The notes beneath the pieces were generated by a model. That model was given only the letters and a program-made list of their open reading frames with translations. It did not search any database and was not told where the DNA came from. 64,000 nucleotides of DNA from Harriotta raleighana (lineage: Eukaryota), in NCBI GenBank assembly GCA_050575255.1, contig JBNZDD010013714.1:6978412-7042411 (forward strand), in the 5' to 3' direction. The position numbers were made by a program, and so were the translations under genes. This document shows, in pieces, positions 37,464-50,408 of the stretch; position 1 is the first letter of the stretch; each line of letters begins with the position of its first letter.

Positions 37464-38403
37464 TAAAGGAATTCACTAATAATATCTAGTGTAGCTCACC
37501 CAAATTATTCTTACTGAACAACCATTTTATATTGCATTTAAATGAGGATGACTATCACGGGAAAGGTTCACCATTTTAATCTTCTGCCTTTGATTAACAG
37601 TACAGTTAGAACACAACAATTAAACTATGGTCAGTGTTTATGACCTGAATTTACAATCGCATCCTTCAAAGAGAATCTTTCATCCTTCTTAACAGCCTCT
37701 TTGTTATGTTCCTCTGGTATTGTTAATCAATGAAATGCAACTCGTAAATGTCTCACAAAAACACATATTTAGGAACATAACAAAGAGGCCGTTTAATCTG
37801 CCAGTGTAATTACTGATTGAAATCTTTTACAAACAAATGCACAAGGAAATCTATATAATTAGCATAATAATTAGTCAAACTCATTTTAATAATAATGCGC
37901 AACAGTTTGTGTTGTTTAATTATATAACCTGTTCATAGACTAAGTAGGAAGCTAAACTTTCAATAATCTATTAACTTCTCCTGACATTTATCTTTCTATT
38001 CTAACTAATACAAAAATGTCACTTTGTCACCATCATTACTTTTCATCAATATCATAATAGGATTAAAGTTGTTAGCAAGCACACACAAATGATGCATGCT
38101 GTGTCATTATGTCTCCTCCAGTCGAGGACCAATTGCTGTTGCCACAATGTAATGGAGCTCTTGAGGTTAGACCCCCCAATTGGGATCTTTCACATACTTA
38201 AGCAATCAGACTGGGGCACCTCCAGTGTAAGTATGATCAGGTGTTTGACATAACAGCGGGAAGCCAGGGTTTGCCTGCAGGGGTTTTCACAAGGCTTTAA
38301 ATCCAATGTAAAACATCATTAATGAGTCATTGAGAATTGCAGTACAGCAGAAATCTCTTAACCTCAGTCAATCTAAAGTATATCATCTTAAAGTTAGAAA
38401 CAA

Positions 38404-38874
38404 GCTGGCTAGGTGAGATATAAAAATATTTCTTCACACAGAGGGTTGCCTCGAGAGACGTATAGGCAAAACAATTTTCCAGGTGGGTAGAATCACTGAC
38501 TACATCTTCCATCTGCCAAAATGGTCACTGACTTTAGCATTGTAAAATAAATACATTCAGTACTTGATTAATTGATATGAGCAATACTGACAAATTTCAT
38601 TGTTTTCTACCCCAATTACNGCTGGCTAGGTGAGATATAAAAATATTTCTTCACACAGAGGGTTGCCCCGAGAGACGTATAGGCAAAACTATTTTCCAGG
38701 TGGGTAGAATCACTGACTACATCTTCCATCTGCCAAAATGGTCACTGACTTTAGCTTTGTAAGATAAATACATTCANGGTCACTGACTTTAGCATTGTAA
38801 AATAAATACATTCAGTACTTGATTAATTGATATGAGCAATACTGACAAATTTCATTGTTTTCTACCCCAATTAC
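38404..38874. other. ~215-bp duplication around N38620 and N38777 (probable artefact); contains a CR1-like KYFFTQRV remnant
   Basis: 38404-38619 is re-read in two pieces after the Ns. AAATATTTCTTCACACAGAGGGTT encodes KYFFTQRV. Confidence 0.75.
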
Positions 38875-39731
38875 TGTTTATTAGTTGCTATCCTATAAAA
38901 TGTTCATGAGGTGTTCTTTATACACCTTGGCATATGCAATATTTTCTCACATACATTTGATGTATATTTGACAATATTACAGTATGAAGAATACACTTTA
39001 TTGTGTGCATAAATCAGTCCTTTATAATTACTAGCAATCGGAATCAATTATTGCATTTCTGAATGTCTTTTGTCCTATTCAAGCTGTTGTTTGCTTTAGC
39101 AACTTTGGTGTTGACAAAACAATGAGCGAACTGAACAATCTATCTTTCCCAATACTGTACATCGAAAAGCATTTGGTGTTTCAAGGCTGTTGAGTTTCAA
39201 CAGAGAAAGAGTTTATTGTGTGCATTTGTTCTCTCACATGATTAAATATTGATTTTTCTCCATAGATTCCATTGTAGTCAACACAGTTCCATTGTTACCA
39301 AGAGCCAGAAACTCATGTTAATGTTCTGATGACAAATTGCATGTCGCAAATAAGAATTAATTTTAGTCAGTCCTATTGGCTAGGCCAGTAGGAATAAAAT
39401 GTAAAGTTCAGCTCTCCATTGATGCATTTTTCAATTAGTCCTTTGATTTGTAACATTATTTTTATAACATATAATTTATATAGCTACAAATGTCATTAAT
39501 GGGATTTAAAGCACAGTGATATTTCGTAGAATACTTATAGAATGTCCTTACTCCACACACATGCCACTGTTTGCCTAAGTAGGTACCCATAGTTGTTGAT
39601 TGGCATACCATTTTTACAGGGGTAATGACTCCTGCGAAAATAATAAGAATAATAAATTGGTCACTCAATCCAAGACTGTTTGTGGGACACTGCTGTGCGC
39701 AATTCACTGCCACGTTTAGCCCACAAATATA

Positions 39732-40814
39732 CAATTAACCCTCATCGATCGCGGGGATTACGTTCCTGGAAAACTGCGCACTCAACAAAATTGCGTTGGA
39801 GAAGCTTAAGAAGTAATGGGAAAAGGGGGTTAGAGGAATCCAGTCACAGGCTACCCACCTCAAGCCTCCAAGCACATCTGATGCAAGATACCTACTGAGG
39901 GGGGTACAGTTGTCTGACCCGCTCTTCGCTCCGCCTGCCTCTCCCCACTCCTTTTGCTCCCCCCCACGCCCCACTCTTCCTACTCTCGTCTCTCCTACTA
40001 CCCAGGAAGTAGGCAAATCAAGGCAGCCCGGGAGAGAGGCAGAGAGAAATCGGGGAGAGCGGCGGGCAGGCGGGGGGGAAACAGAGAACCGCTTGGAGGT
40101 GGGGGGGCGGGGGGGGATCTCAGGGAGGTGCGGGGGAAAGAACCGATCAGAGTGGGGCGGGGGGAACTTGCGGAAGTGTGGGGCAGAGAGCCAATCGGAG
40201 GGAGGGGGACTCGTGGAAGTGGAAGTGTGGGGGAAAGAGCCGATCGGAGCGGGGGGAGAACTTGCGGAATTGCGGGGGAGAGAGCCAATCGGAGGGGAGG
40301 GGATGGGACTCGCAGAAGTGCGGAGGAGAGAGCTGACCAGAGGGTGCTGGGGATGAGAGACGCAGAAAGATTACAACGGCTTTGTTATCGCTTTATTGCT
40401 ATAATAAAGTGATAACAAAGCAGTAAACAATTTAAAAAAGCAATAAAACAACAGGATAGATTAGCCTACATTGCTGTACAATTCCTGTCTCTCTGTCTGT
40501 CTCTTCTGTTTACAATGCAACACAACAAAATTCTCTGAGGCCGAAGCATTATTCTAATTACTCAGAATGCATTGCGCGCGGAGCTTTGGCTTTAGTCGGG
40601 ATCTGCCGGCTTTGTCAAAAATTAGCATGAGTGTGGGACAAGCCAGCTGAGGAATCACCGGATTCAGTCGGGAGCTATCGGCGTCTTCACCCGTGCACAT
40701 GCATGCGGGGGCCAGCCAGCGCGTATACACAAGTTTTACGCGCGCTGCACAAAAAAGTGATGCTTTTGTTTTGTCGTGTGTACTTGAAGTCGCAATAGAT
40801 AAAGTCGCCTTCGA
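39732..40814. mobile_element. Non-autonomous Tigger/pogo-like (Tc1-mariner) DNA transposon
   Basis: Starts after TA (39730-39731) with CAATTAACCCTCATCGATCGCGGGGATTACGTTCC, like Tigger/MER2-type termini. The right end GTCGCAATAGATAAAGTCGCCTTCGA retains only the inner part of the inverted repeat. No transposase is visible. Confidence 0.75.
40083..40342. repeat. G-rich minisatellite with a ~45-55 bp unit, about 5.5 copies
   Basis: Unit approximates AGAGAGCCRATCGGAG(G)n-ACTYGCGGAAGTGYGGGG. Confidence 0.85.
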
Positions 40815-43165
40815 CAATTCACTTTATGGTATATTTTGTGAAATGCTTTGAGACATCTAAAAGACGTGAAAAGCGCTATATTAAATGCAAGGGATATTAT
40901 TATTTATTTTTAATATCTTAATAAGAGCTTTGTAACAAATGGGTCTCGTGGCCATTGAAAGTGTGTCACACTTACCCAGAAGAACTGAATCCCAGTGTAG
41001 ATTGCCTTGGAGCAGAAATTTATATTTGGTAGGAATCTTATATATTTTTCAAACATCACATTATTCAACAACTAACACATGATGATTGTTTTGAATTGTA
41101 TAGACTCTATTACTTTTACTCTCAGTAAATGGGTTGAAATTGCTCCCTATATATCATACAATAGATCCCAATTGTTTTTTTCCACTCTAATTGTTGTCAT
41201 CACAACACAGAAGATTTTGCTTTGTGCCTCATAATAAGTGCCCTGATCTTTCTCTAGTACTGTATTGTCCTTTTCACGTATTTCCCTCTTCACTTGTTTA
41301 GTTATTTCCTATGGTATTACATAAGTTATACAAAAATGGACATGTTCATTCAAAGCAAAGAACATCTTTCAGTGTCTGTCATTCTAGATAGAGTACACAA
41401 GTGGGTGTAATGAAGTCCTGGCTTGTAAGATGACACATAATCAACCATGTGGAAGACCTCAGACCTTTTTCAATGTTAAGCCCTAACATTGGATAATGCC
41501 ATGTGAAGTGTCCTTTAATGTTTTGCATTGTACTGGGTTCCAGAAGTGATTTGAATACTATGCCAAAGTATATGGATAATTCCCTTCTCTAGAGCTATAT
41601 AAATTGCACATGGTGAAGAGAATGATTAGTATCTGCAAGACAGCTGATCTGATAACTGAGTGAGTTATGGGCCAGTGCCCAAGTGAGAGGAATTTGATCT
41701 TCCTCTAGCATTCTGTTTATGCCACACATTAGGTAAATACTGTAGAAACACTACCTATATGAGGAAACTGTTACTGGTATATTGACTGTGGGTTGGACGG
41801 CAATGCCATCAATTTATTCTTTTTTTCTTACAGTACCATCTGTTGCCTACTGTGATATCTCCGCAATGAACTAAGAAATCTATCTTCATATGAAGCACAA
41901 ATCTTTTGTAAGCTTCCTTTCACTCATAGAAATCTTCACTCATCCATATGAAAAGCACACAAGTAATTCCCTGTCAGACAACCTCTACATTTTTGTGAAT
42001 AAGTTGATTAAGTGCAACATTACTATTTATCTAGTGTCAAGAAAGGGATTTAGCTAAAACCATTAACACATTATACTGCAGTGAGGAGTAAGAAATCTTT
42101 GAAACATAAATATTTTTTCAAATTCTCCTTGCTGGTAGGTAGAATGCGCATGAAAATTTAGATAAATGGAAAGTTACTGCACGACACAATGTTAAATGTA
42201 CGATATACAATTTGCATATACTGTACTGTGTTTGCTTCTTTTCTACTTATGTTAATAGTAATCCTAATGGACTACATTGCATCCATTATAAGTACACATT
42301 TTAACCATCTGACAACCTCCCTCCACCACCCCATCCTCACCACCATAAATTCTGCATAGATTAGCTGAGCCTTGTGCGGTAGGGTAATAAATGGAGGTGG
42401 CTTGAATTTGCTATCCACAAATCAGATTACAATTATTCATATAATACCCTGCTGAACATGAAATTAGGCCTAAAGATTTGTAGATGAATCTCTAAGTTGA
42501 CCTGTAAACAGCAGCATTATTCTCAGCTGCTATTTACCACAAATTATCCAATCTTTCATAATACTGTTCGAAAATAACTGTGCAATGCTTAGGAGGAATA
42601 ATGGTTAGTGTTGGCCTAGTAATAGCATTGGCTAGTTTATAATATTATAAACCAGTGCAGCAAGCAATTGCTTTAACACTGCAACAAACAGAGACAAAAA
42701 GCAATTTTGTCCTTTAAATGTTGGAACGTTTTAAAATAAATTTAAAAATTAGAATTTTTGAAGGGTAATTTTTTATTCATTTCCATTGCACAAAAAATAC
42801 TTTACTTTAGAGGTTGGTTTGCACTGTTTCATTTTCCTATTCAACAATGACATTCCCCATTTAGTGAACAGAATGGTGAAATTCATATAAAGCCAATGCA
42901 ACTCGACGAGCATTAATTATTTTATAAATGATTTGGGTGAAAAGCAACTTGTAGTATTACAACCAGAACTTGGATTCCCAAGAGCTAAATCGAATACTTC
43001 TTAAAAATTCAGTATCCCGTAGACACACCTTCTGTTTGACCTTCTTACCCTAATGAACATTTTTTTTTGTAACAGCATGTTCATTCTGACCAGCACTGAA
43101 TGATATCCACTTACTACATCATTCTCATGGCCAATTTAATGCTTTGCTTTACTTTATTTCCATAG

Positions 43166-43222
43166 TGGCGTGAAAGGCAATGCAAAAGGTGCTATACAAA
43201 TGTAATTTTGTTGTGGTTGTTA
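43166..43222 (+). mobile_element. L2 tail remnant
   Basis: AAAAGGTGCTATACAAATGTAATTTTGTTGTGGTTGTT. Confidence 0.7.
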
Positions 43223-43225
43223 TAC

Positions 43226-43335
43226 ACAAAATACACACAGATACATCACTTTACAGTATATCCCATGAAGCACTTTGATATGTCTCGACAACCTGATAAG
43301 GGCTATATCAAATGCAAGAATTATTCTTATTATTA
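43226..43335 (+). mobile_element. SINE 3' fragment
   Basis: TCACTTTACAGTATATCCCATGAAGCACTTTGA...GGGCTATATCAAATGCAAGAATTATT. Confidence 0.75.
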
Positions 43336-46196
43336 TACAGTCACTTTTTTAGTTTACTTTTTTATATCAAAGGAAACATTTGAATAAATAATACTGAACA
43401 TTATACAATAATAAGGTAAAGAATTTGGAATAAGAAAACAAAATCATCATTATTGACATGTAATATAATATAATATAATTTTTAAATAAAAGTAATGTTT
43501 GAAAAAAAGAGACAGGCATCTGCTTACATAACTCGATAGTTTCAATACACTACATCTAACCTTAATGTCTGCAATTTGGATGGATCAGTGCATTCCACAT
43601 CAATAATATGCAGAGGAACCCAGGCCACTATCTTCCTGACAGCATTGCTGCTACACCTTGTTTTACCACTGGGTTATTTGGCAGAAATCCTACTTTGAGT
43701 ATAATTATCACAAGTTCATGTTTTCCCTATTGAATTGGGACCAGCTGCACTGAATTAATGCATTATGACTACAATTTTAATTAACTGTTAGAATGCCATC
43801 AAGTCAGGAAAATAGCCTTCCCTCATGCCTGCTGGCTACGCAGGTTTTCAGATTCAAACACTTTAATCTGACTTGCCTCCCCTTCTCAACTTCACTATAC
43901 CATCTCTCCTCTATTTAACTTTTATTACTTTATCTTTGTTACTTTCCTTGCCTCTTCAAAAGAAACCTCTCAACTTTAAAACTCTGTTCTTGCCTGACTC
44001 CCGTTGTCTATTTTGGAGTTGGCAGCAATTTCTAAGTGGAAGCTGATAACCTGATCATAATATCAATCGTGTAACATGTATCAACCCTGAAAAGATGCTG
44101 CCAGCTAAATAAATTCATCAATGGACTGCATCTCTTTCAGGGCTCAATTGAACTTGGCACATCAGGAGTTAAGGTAAGTATCTGAATAAAATAAGGCAAG
44201 CTACCATTCCTAGATTTTTTTTTATTCATGCCATTAGTGGTATTTTAAAGTAGGTTTTATTGCCCCACTAAACTGCCATACTGATACTTGAGCATAAATC
44301 TTAACCGTAGGTTTTCAGCTGGATATGAAGCTACTACATCTTGTGCAGTTTGGGCTACTCATTCTATGTTATTTAAGATGGATTTTAGTACCTGAAAGCA
44401 ATTTACGGTTTCCCCAAAACACTATAGTGGTTAAGAGATATCAGTGAACGTGTCCTAAATAAAAATGGTGCTCTCTAACCAGTTGTTATAGGCATTACTG
44501 GGAACTGGGAAAAGCACCTTCTACATATCTACATTAAAGGAATGTCATCTCAGAGGATAAAAGTGCACCTCACTTGCCAGAAGTGAAAAGGATGCATGTG
44601 GCTGGTTTCACACGTTTTTTTCTAAATCCGGAAATACGTCCTTGACATTTCACAACATGTTTGGTACAATGTTTTATTATGATTCAAAAGTTTGTATTAA
44701 AGCATTGGGGGAAAATAATCCAAAAAGGAATCTCAAATTGCAACTGCTTTTGTCCACACTGCAATGTTGCAGACACTTCCAATATTTTAGCAAAATAGCG
44801 TGATCATGTTCCACTTATTTTCTCAGAATTTCTTAAAACCACCATGAATTCTGCGCATATTTCTAAAGTACAATGTAATCCTGTTCTGTCCATATCCTCA
44901 AGGACATAGTTTCAGAGCAGCCTTGACACTGACAGTGCCACTCTCTCGGATAAAATCTACACCATGGCAACACATTTGTTGTTTGGAAAAAATAACAGTG
45001 AGCTCTTCCAAATAAATCCAACAGCTTCCAAACAATGGGTCCAATTCTACATTCGCACTTCCTGTTGCTATGTTATAGCAGGTTATGAAGGGCAGAATTA
45101 TTTTGTGTGCATTGAGAAACTATACAAATCAAAGCTATGTGATTCGAATCAGCAAGAGATGTAAAAATGGGAAGAGTGCAGGCATTTTCACCTTTCTTTC
45201 CTCCACTATGCTTCTCAGTAAGTGAATCCAAACTTAACTCTGTGGCACCATAGATTGAATTACTCTACCAGCAGAATCATCCAATCCATTGCAAATACTT
45301 TTAAACATTATTTGGAGTAGCCACGGAAACTTCCACCATTATCACCATTGTGTGAGTATGAATGTATTAGAATGTACCTGGAAAATAATATCTTGATGCG
45401 CTTTGAGTTTTAAAATAAATGATGTAAATAATAGACGATGGCAATGGGTTTATTACATGAAAAGTTACTACTTACAAAATTGTTTCAAAATGAATTTGTC
45501 AAATTGTATAAGGTATGTCATTGATGTCAAGGGAAGATTGGGTTGAAAATTAAGCAGCTCAGTTTTCAAGGAGCAATACTGACTCATACCATTCTGAGCT
45601 GAAATGTAGTCACGGAAAGATATTCTGTATACCTGTTTACGGATATTGGAGAGATTAAATATTTGCTGTTGTATCCTATCACATTCATTGTTTTTGTTTT
45701 TTCAAACAACCTCATTTCTATTTATTTACTCTATGTTGTGTGTTTTATTATTTTTTTTAAAAGTATTTATAAAATCAAAAGTTATTTTGGAATAGCATGC
45801 ACACATTGCAAAGGTTCCAATTCATTGCAATAACATTTAGTTATAAATTTCCTATTAGTTGCACAATGTGCACAAAAAGCTATTATTATTATTCAGGTTT
45901 AGCAGCAGAGGATTTTGTCAAAAGTAAATTATACTCTCTGGAAAAATACAAGCGATAACCCTTTTCTCCCTATACATTTTTCTAATCGTACAAAGCTGTA
46001 CAAAAACATCCAAATTGAATTTAACCACTCCAGTGCTCTTCCATTGCACATATCAGTGATTAACGCTCGTAAATCATAAACATCATGATTCACAAAGCTT
46101 TTGATGGGAGTCAATTGTGTCCAAATAAAATGCCATTCTGTTTATACATTTTTTGACTTTCTGCAAACATAAATGTGTGTATATTTTTATATTGGT

Positions 46197-46678
46197 GATC
46201 AGCTTGGCTCAGTTTGTAGCACTTTTTCCTGCAAGTCAGAAGGTTTGTATATGGTCAGCGATCTGTTTTCAGGTTTGCTTCTTCCAAGAAAATGTTATTC
46301 TGTTGGTTGACAATAATAATTGGCCATCACTGGTCTACTCTGATGCTCCAATACAGTGTTGGGCTTGTACTGCAGTGTCAGTAGTGCCTTCCTTTGTTTT
46401 AGATTGTTAAACTGAGATCTTGTCTTCCTGTTTAGGTGGATGCTAAAGATCCCATGGCACTATTCCTTTATCTCCAATAAAGGATATTTGTCCAATGCCC
46501 TGGCCACCAACTCCTGATAAAATTGGTCATTTAATTCATGGCTGTTTGTGGGACATTACTGTGTGCAGATTGGCAGCTGGGTTAACCTACAAAATATCAT
46601 TACATTTTACAGTAAAATCCTGTGAAGTGCTTTGAGATGTTCTCATGATATGAAAGGATATGAACCAAATGAAAATAT
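46197..46678 (+). mobile_element. Old Deu-domain SINE, near full length
   Basis: Head TCAGCTTGGCTCAGTTTGTAGCACT...AGTCAGAAGGTT; core GTTAAACTGAG...CCTGTTTAGGTGGATGCTAAAGATCCCATGGCACTATTC; body TGTTTGTGGGACATTACTGTGTGCA; tail GTGAAGTGCTTTGAGATG. Confidence 0.8.
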
Positions 46679-48161
46679 AATTGTGATTTATTTATATGAA
46701 TAAAATAATTCATGTAATGGCCATGGAACAATATGGTGAACACACCTGATAATATCTTTACAAGGGAGAAAATGATTTTAACAAACCTTTTGGTTGCATC
46801 ACATTAAAATATTTCTTGCCTATTCCCAAAGTGACACATCCCTACAATATACATCCAGTACTTTAGGAGTAAGGGGAAGACTTTTTTTTAGGAAAATATG
46901 GAAACAAGTTAGACACTTTATGATCTTGGTACTTTGGCACAAAATGAGCTTACAAAATTTACTCATTTATGCAGAAGAAATAATCATTGACTTCAGGTTA
47001 AACTTCACTGAATAATATAACTTCCCTGCACGACCACTTTCTTCTCTAGTCAGTCAACCACTATGTTCAGTCCTGTGTAATCAAGCTTGTTCCACTTACT
47101 ACATCTTTTATTCTGCTGAATTGATGCAGTCACTGAAATAGAAAATAAGATTACAGATTCCTAGATCTCTCAGTCTTCTGTACTGCACCACAGAGATGCA
47201 ATGTATTTCTATGTGAAGATTCATGCTGAGAGTTGCTATCTTTGATATTTTTAGTGATTTGAATCTGGAAAAAAAAGGCCAATAAACACACTGGAAGCAA
47301 ACTGCAGATTGGAATGTCTAAGATTTCAGCATCAACCATTTTGATCATAATCATTTAATTTCACTGTTTTTGTGTCTAAATTGTAGCAAAAAAACTGCAA
47401 AGTACACATTAATGGAAAGTTTAAGAAGTGTGAGCAAATTATTGGAGATGTATACTGATGTTGTAGGTTTACATGTGTCCTTGANGTGTCTAAATTGTAG
47501 CAAAAAACTGCAAAGTACACATTAATGGAAAGTTTAAGAAGTGTGACCAAATTATTGGAGATGTATACTGATGTTGTAGGTTTACATGTGTCCTTGAATA
47601 CGTTCCACAGTTCAGACCATTAGTGGTGACAAATGTACATTAAATATTAACGATGAGCATTGAACTTGCTGTTGAAAGAACCAGGATAGACCTCCATTTG
47701 ATCATTTTAGGCTAATTCATAAATGTATTCTAAATATGTTCAATTGTAACTGTGAAATGACTGTTTCCTGTATTTAGAGGTCAGTAAGTCTATGAGCCAA
47801 CATAGCTCCTGGGGCGAATAGGTTGTCACAACACCCTGGTCACTTAATGATGTTACTCTATATGTGTCTGCAGTGGTCTAATGGAACTACAGTCTCTGCA
47901 TCAGAGAGATTAATTCATGTCCATACAAACATGAAAACAGAATTCTGAATGAATCTGAAAGTGTGGCTCCAGGAAATTGTGCATTCAGTCATAGAATTTG
48001 AGTGTTCCTCTAAGTGCCAACAGGTGATGGTTGTATACACATTGCAAGTGAAAACAGAATCAATGTTTGGAGAAAAGGGAACAAGCAATGGAAGGGAAGG
48101 AAATGCAAGATATTTCATTTGGATGGTCTTATTCGAAACAGAAAATGTTTGTTTATGAAAC

Positions 48162-48230
48162 AATAAATAATCCTTATATTCGGTATAGCTCCTTTCGCAT
48201 TTGCAGGCCATCTCAAAGCACTTTACAGAA
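48162..48230 (-). mobile_element. SINE tail remnant
   Basis: AATAATCCTTATATTCGGTATAGC...CATCTCAAAGCACTTTACAGAA. Confidence 0.65.
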
Positions 48231-48439
48231 CATAGTGTCAAAATGTAGTAATGTTTGTTAATCCAAAACATAGTTTAGATTTGTTTGTTCCTTTATTTAA
48301 ACCTCACACTTTCACTCTCTTCCACAATCTGCCCAGTCCCATTCCCAGAATCCTTTTATGCTGACTTGCTTCTCATTCTCAAAGTCCAATTGCTTATTAA
48401 GTCTTAATTAAATTCTTTATTAAAGCAATATTCAACAAC

Positions 48440-48765
48440 TGTATTTAGTGGACAAAAGCGGCAGCTAACTTGTGCGCAGCAATGTCTCACAAACATTCAC
48501 AAAGTGAACGACCAATGTTATTTGGGGTTTGTTGGCAAGGACGCAAGGAAGAAACATTCTCTTTTTGAATAGTGCCACGGGATCTTTAACATGCACTTGA
48601 ATGAACAGACTTGGTTTAACATCTCATCCGAAAGACAACACCCCCAGCAAAGCAGTATACCGTGCTTTGGACTATCAGTCTAGACTTAGGAATTTAACTC
48701 ACGGGGCTTTAACTCACAGCCTTTTGAATCCGAGTGTAGAATGCTAACAACTGAGCCAGGCTGAC
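48440..48765 (-). mobile_element. Old Deu-domain SINE
   Basis: TTGAATAGTGCCACGGGATCTTTAACATGCACTTGAA...TTGGTTTAACATCTCATCCGAAAGAC is the reverse Deu core. Head ...TGCTAACAACTGAGCCAGGCTGAC. Confidence 0.8.
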
Positions 48766-50226
48766 TCAAGCATGTAGTGGGGGGGAAATTATCCCCTTCC
48801 CTGTACCAACAGCAATTTGATTGGTATAAAGATGGAGAGCAATTTTTAATCTGGATTCTGTACAAATAAAAGAAGAGACATCTCGAGAATGAGTGCCATT
48901 TTGTTGTGGGCAAGGTTCCTTCCAAAACGTGTTGCAACTCGTTTGTGTGAGGCACTGATATTTCATTTAAAGCAAAGTAAATAAAATGCTCAGCTTGTTT
49001 GAAGCAAATTAATTTTGTGGTGCTGATTAGTTTTCACAATGTTTCACATTACAGTTTCGCACTGGCCTCACCAGTTTCCTCTCCATGATTGTGTCTTACC
49101 TTTTTTTGAAATCAATCTTGAATCCTTTTGGAGAAGTGTTGATTGGCCGTGAGACCAATCCTTGTTTGAAGCATTCCCTGAAATACATAGTGACCATTGA
49201 GGAAAAATAGACTTGGGGGTGTGGTTGAGGGCAAAGATCCATTTAATAAGTAATCTCTGTCAGAACATATTTCCCTAAGCATGTCATTACATTGCTATAA
49301 AGTTTAAGGTTGATTTGTATTTAGAGGCACTGTATTTGTTTGACCTGAGTGGAATGGATTTTTGACAACCCAGGGTTAAAATAATGTCTTTTTTAAAATC
49401 TNGTAAAGGATGATCCATTTAATAAGTAATCTCTGATTTATGCTGTCAGAACATATTTCCCTAAGCATGTCATTACATTGCTATAAAGTTTAAGGTTGAT
49501 TTGTATTTAGAGGCACTGTATTTGTTTGACCTGAGTGGAATGGATTTTTGACAACCCAGGGTTAAAATAATGTCTTTTTTAAAATCTAAGAACTTAGTTG
49601 TCAGGAAAGCTAGATTGAAGTTGCTTTCTCGCACCCAGAGATCTGATCCAGGCAGTTTTCATCCGCAGGTTGTTCGAGAGCTGTACAAGTCACCTGCAAA
49701 TCAGTGCTGCAGGCTCCATTTCAGTGCTGCCGTCTTCAAGATTTTGACAGCAATGTGGTGCCTGAGCTCAGGGGCATCGCACTCAAAAATTAAATGCTAT
49801 GTTTATTGCCCCGAGTCCCATTTGATGTCACAGATGATAAAATCTCGATTCCTTGATTAAACCAAGTAGACTTGATCGCTCTCAAGAGCAAAANAACCAT
49901 TTGATGTCACAGATGATAAAACCTCGATTCCTTGATTAAACCAAGTAGACTTGATCGCTCTCAAGAGCAAAACAAAACAGACTGGATTCAAATCTAATGA
50001 TGTATTGTATATTTTTTATGTTCCTAAAAATGATTAATTGGATCGAGTCTATCAAATATTTGGCGAAGTGGTGTTTGGGACATACTCAGCTTTGACTCAA
50101 AAGCTTCCAGTCAAAATATTGTGGGGTCAGAGCTTGAGCTCATCGACCTGGCTGACACCAGCTGCAGTGCTGTGTTATATTCTTGCAAGTGTGGTTCTTC
50201 AGTTTGCAGGAGATATGAGATATATC

Positions 50227-50408
50227 AATAATCCTTGCATTTGGTATTGCACCTTTTGTGTCAAGTGAATGTGTCAAAGCCCTTCAGTTGTTGTCCATAA
50301 AGTGTAATGACTATCTGTTTTTGTAGGCGAATGTGCAGGCCAATTTGCGACCCATAAACAGCCGTGAAGTGAATGATCAATTTTATTTGAGGGATTGTTG
50401 GCTAGGGT
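50227..50408 (-). mobile_element. SINE 3' half, diverged
   Basis: AATAATCCTTGCATTTGGTATTGCACCTTTT...GGCCAATTTGCG...CCCATAAACAGCCGTGAAGTGAATGATCAATTTT...GAGGGATTGTTGGC. Confidence 0.75.

Larger units (their letters stand above)
39648..40904 (+). mobile_element. Young SINE 3' half split by a DNA transposon (parts 39648-39731 and 40815-40904)
   Basis: The left part ends GCCCACAAATATA and the right part resumes CAATTCACTTTATGG...AAAAGCGCTATATTAAATGCAAGG. The family consensus is CACAAATATACAGTCAATTCACTTT. Confidence 0.9.

Noticed and set aside
39735-40412. Gly/Arg/Pro-rich ORFs of 93-152 aa
   Set aside because: They are products of the G-rich minisatellite inside the transposon, with no transposase motifs.
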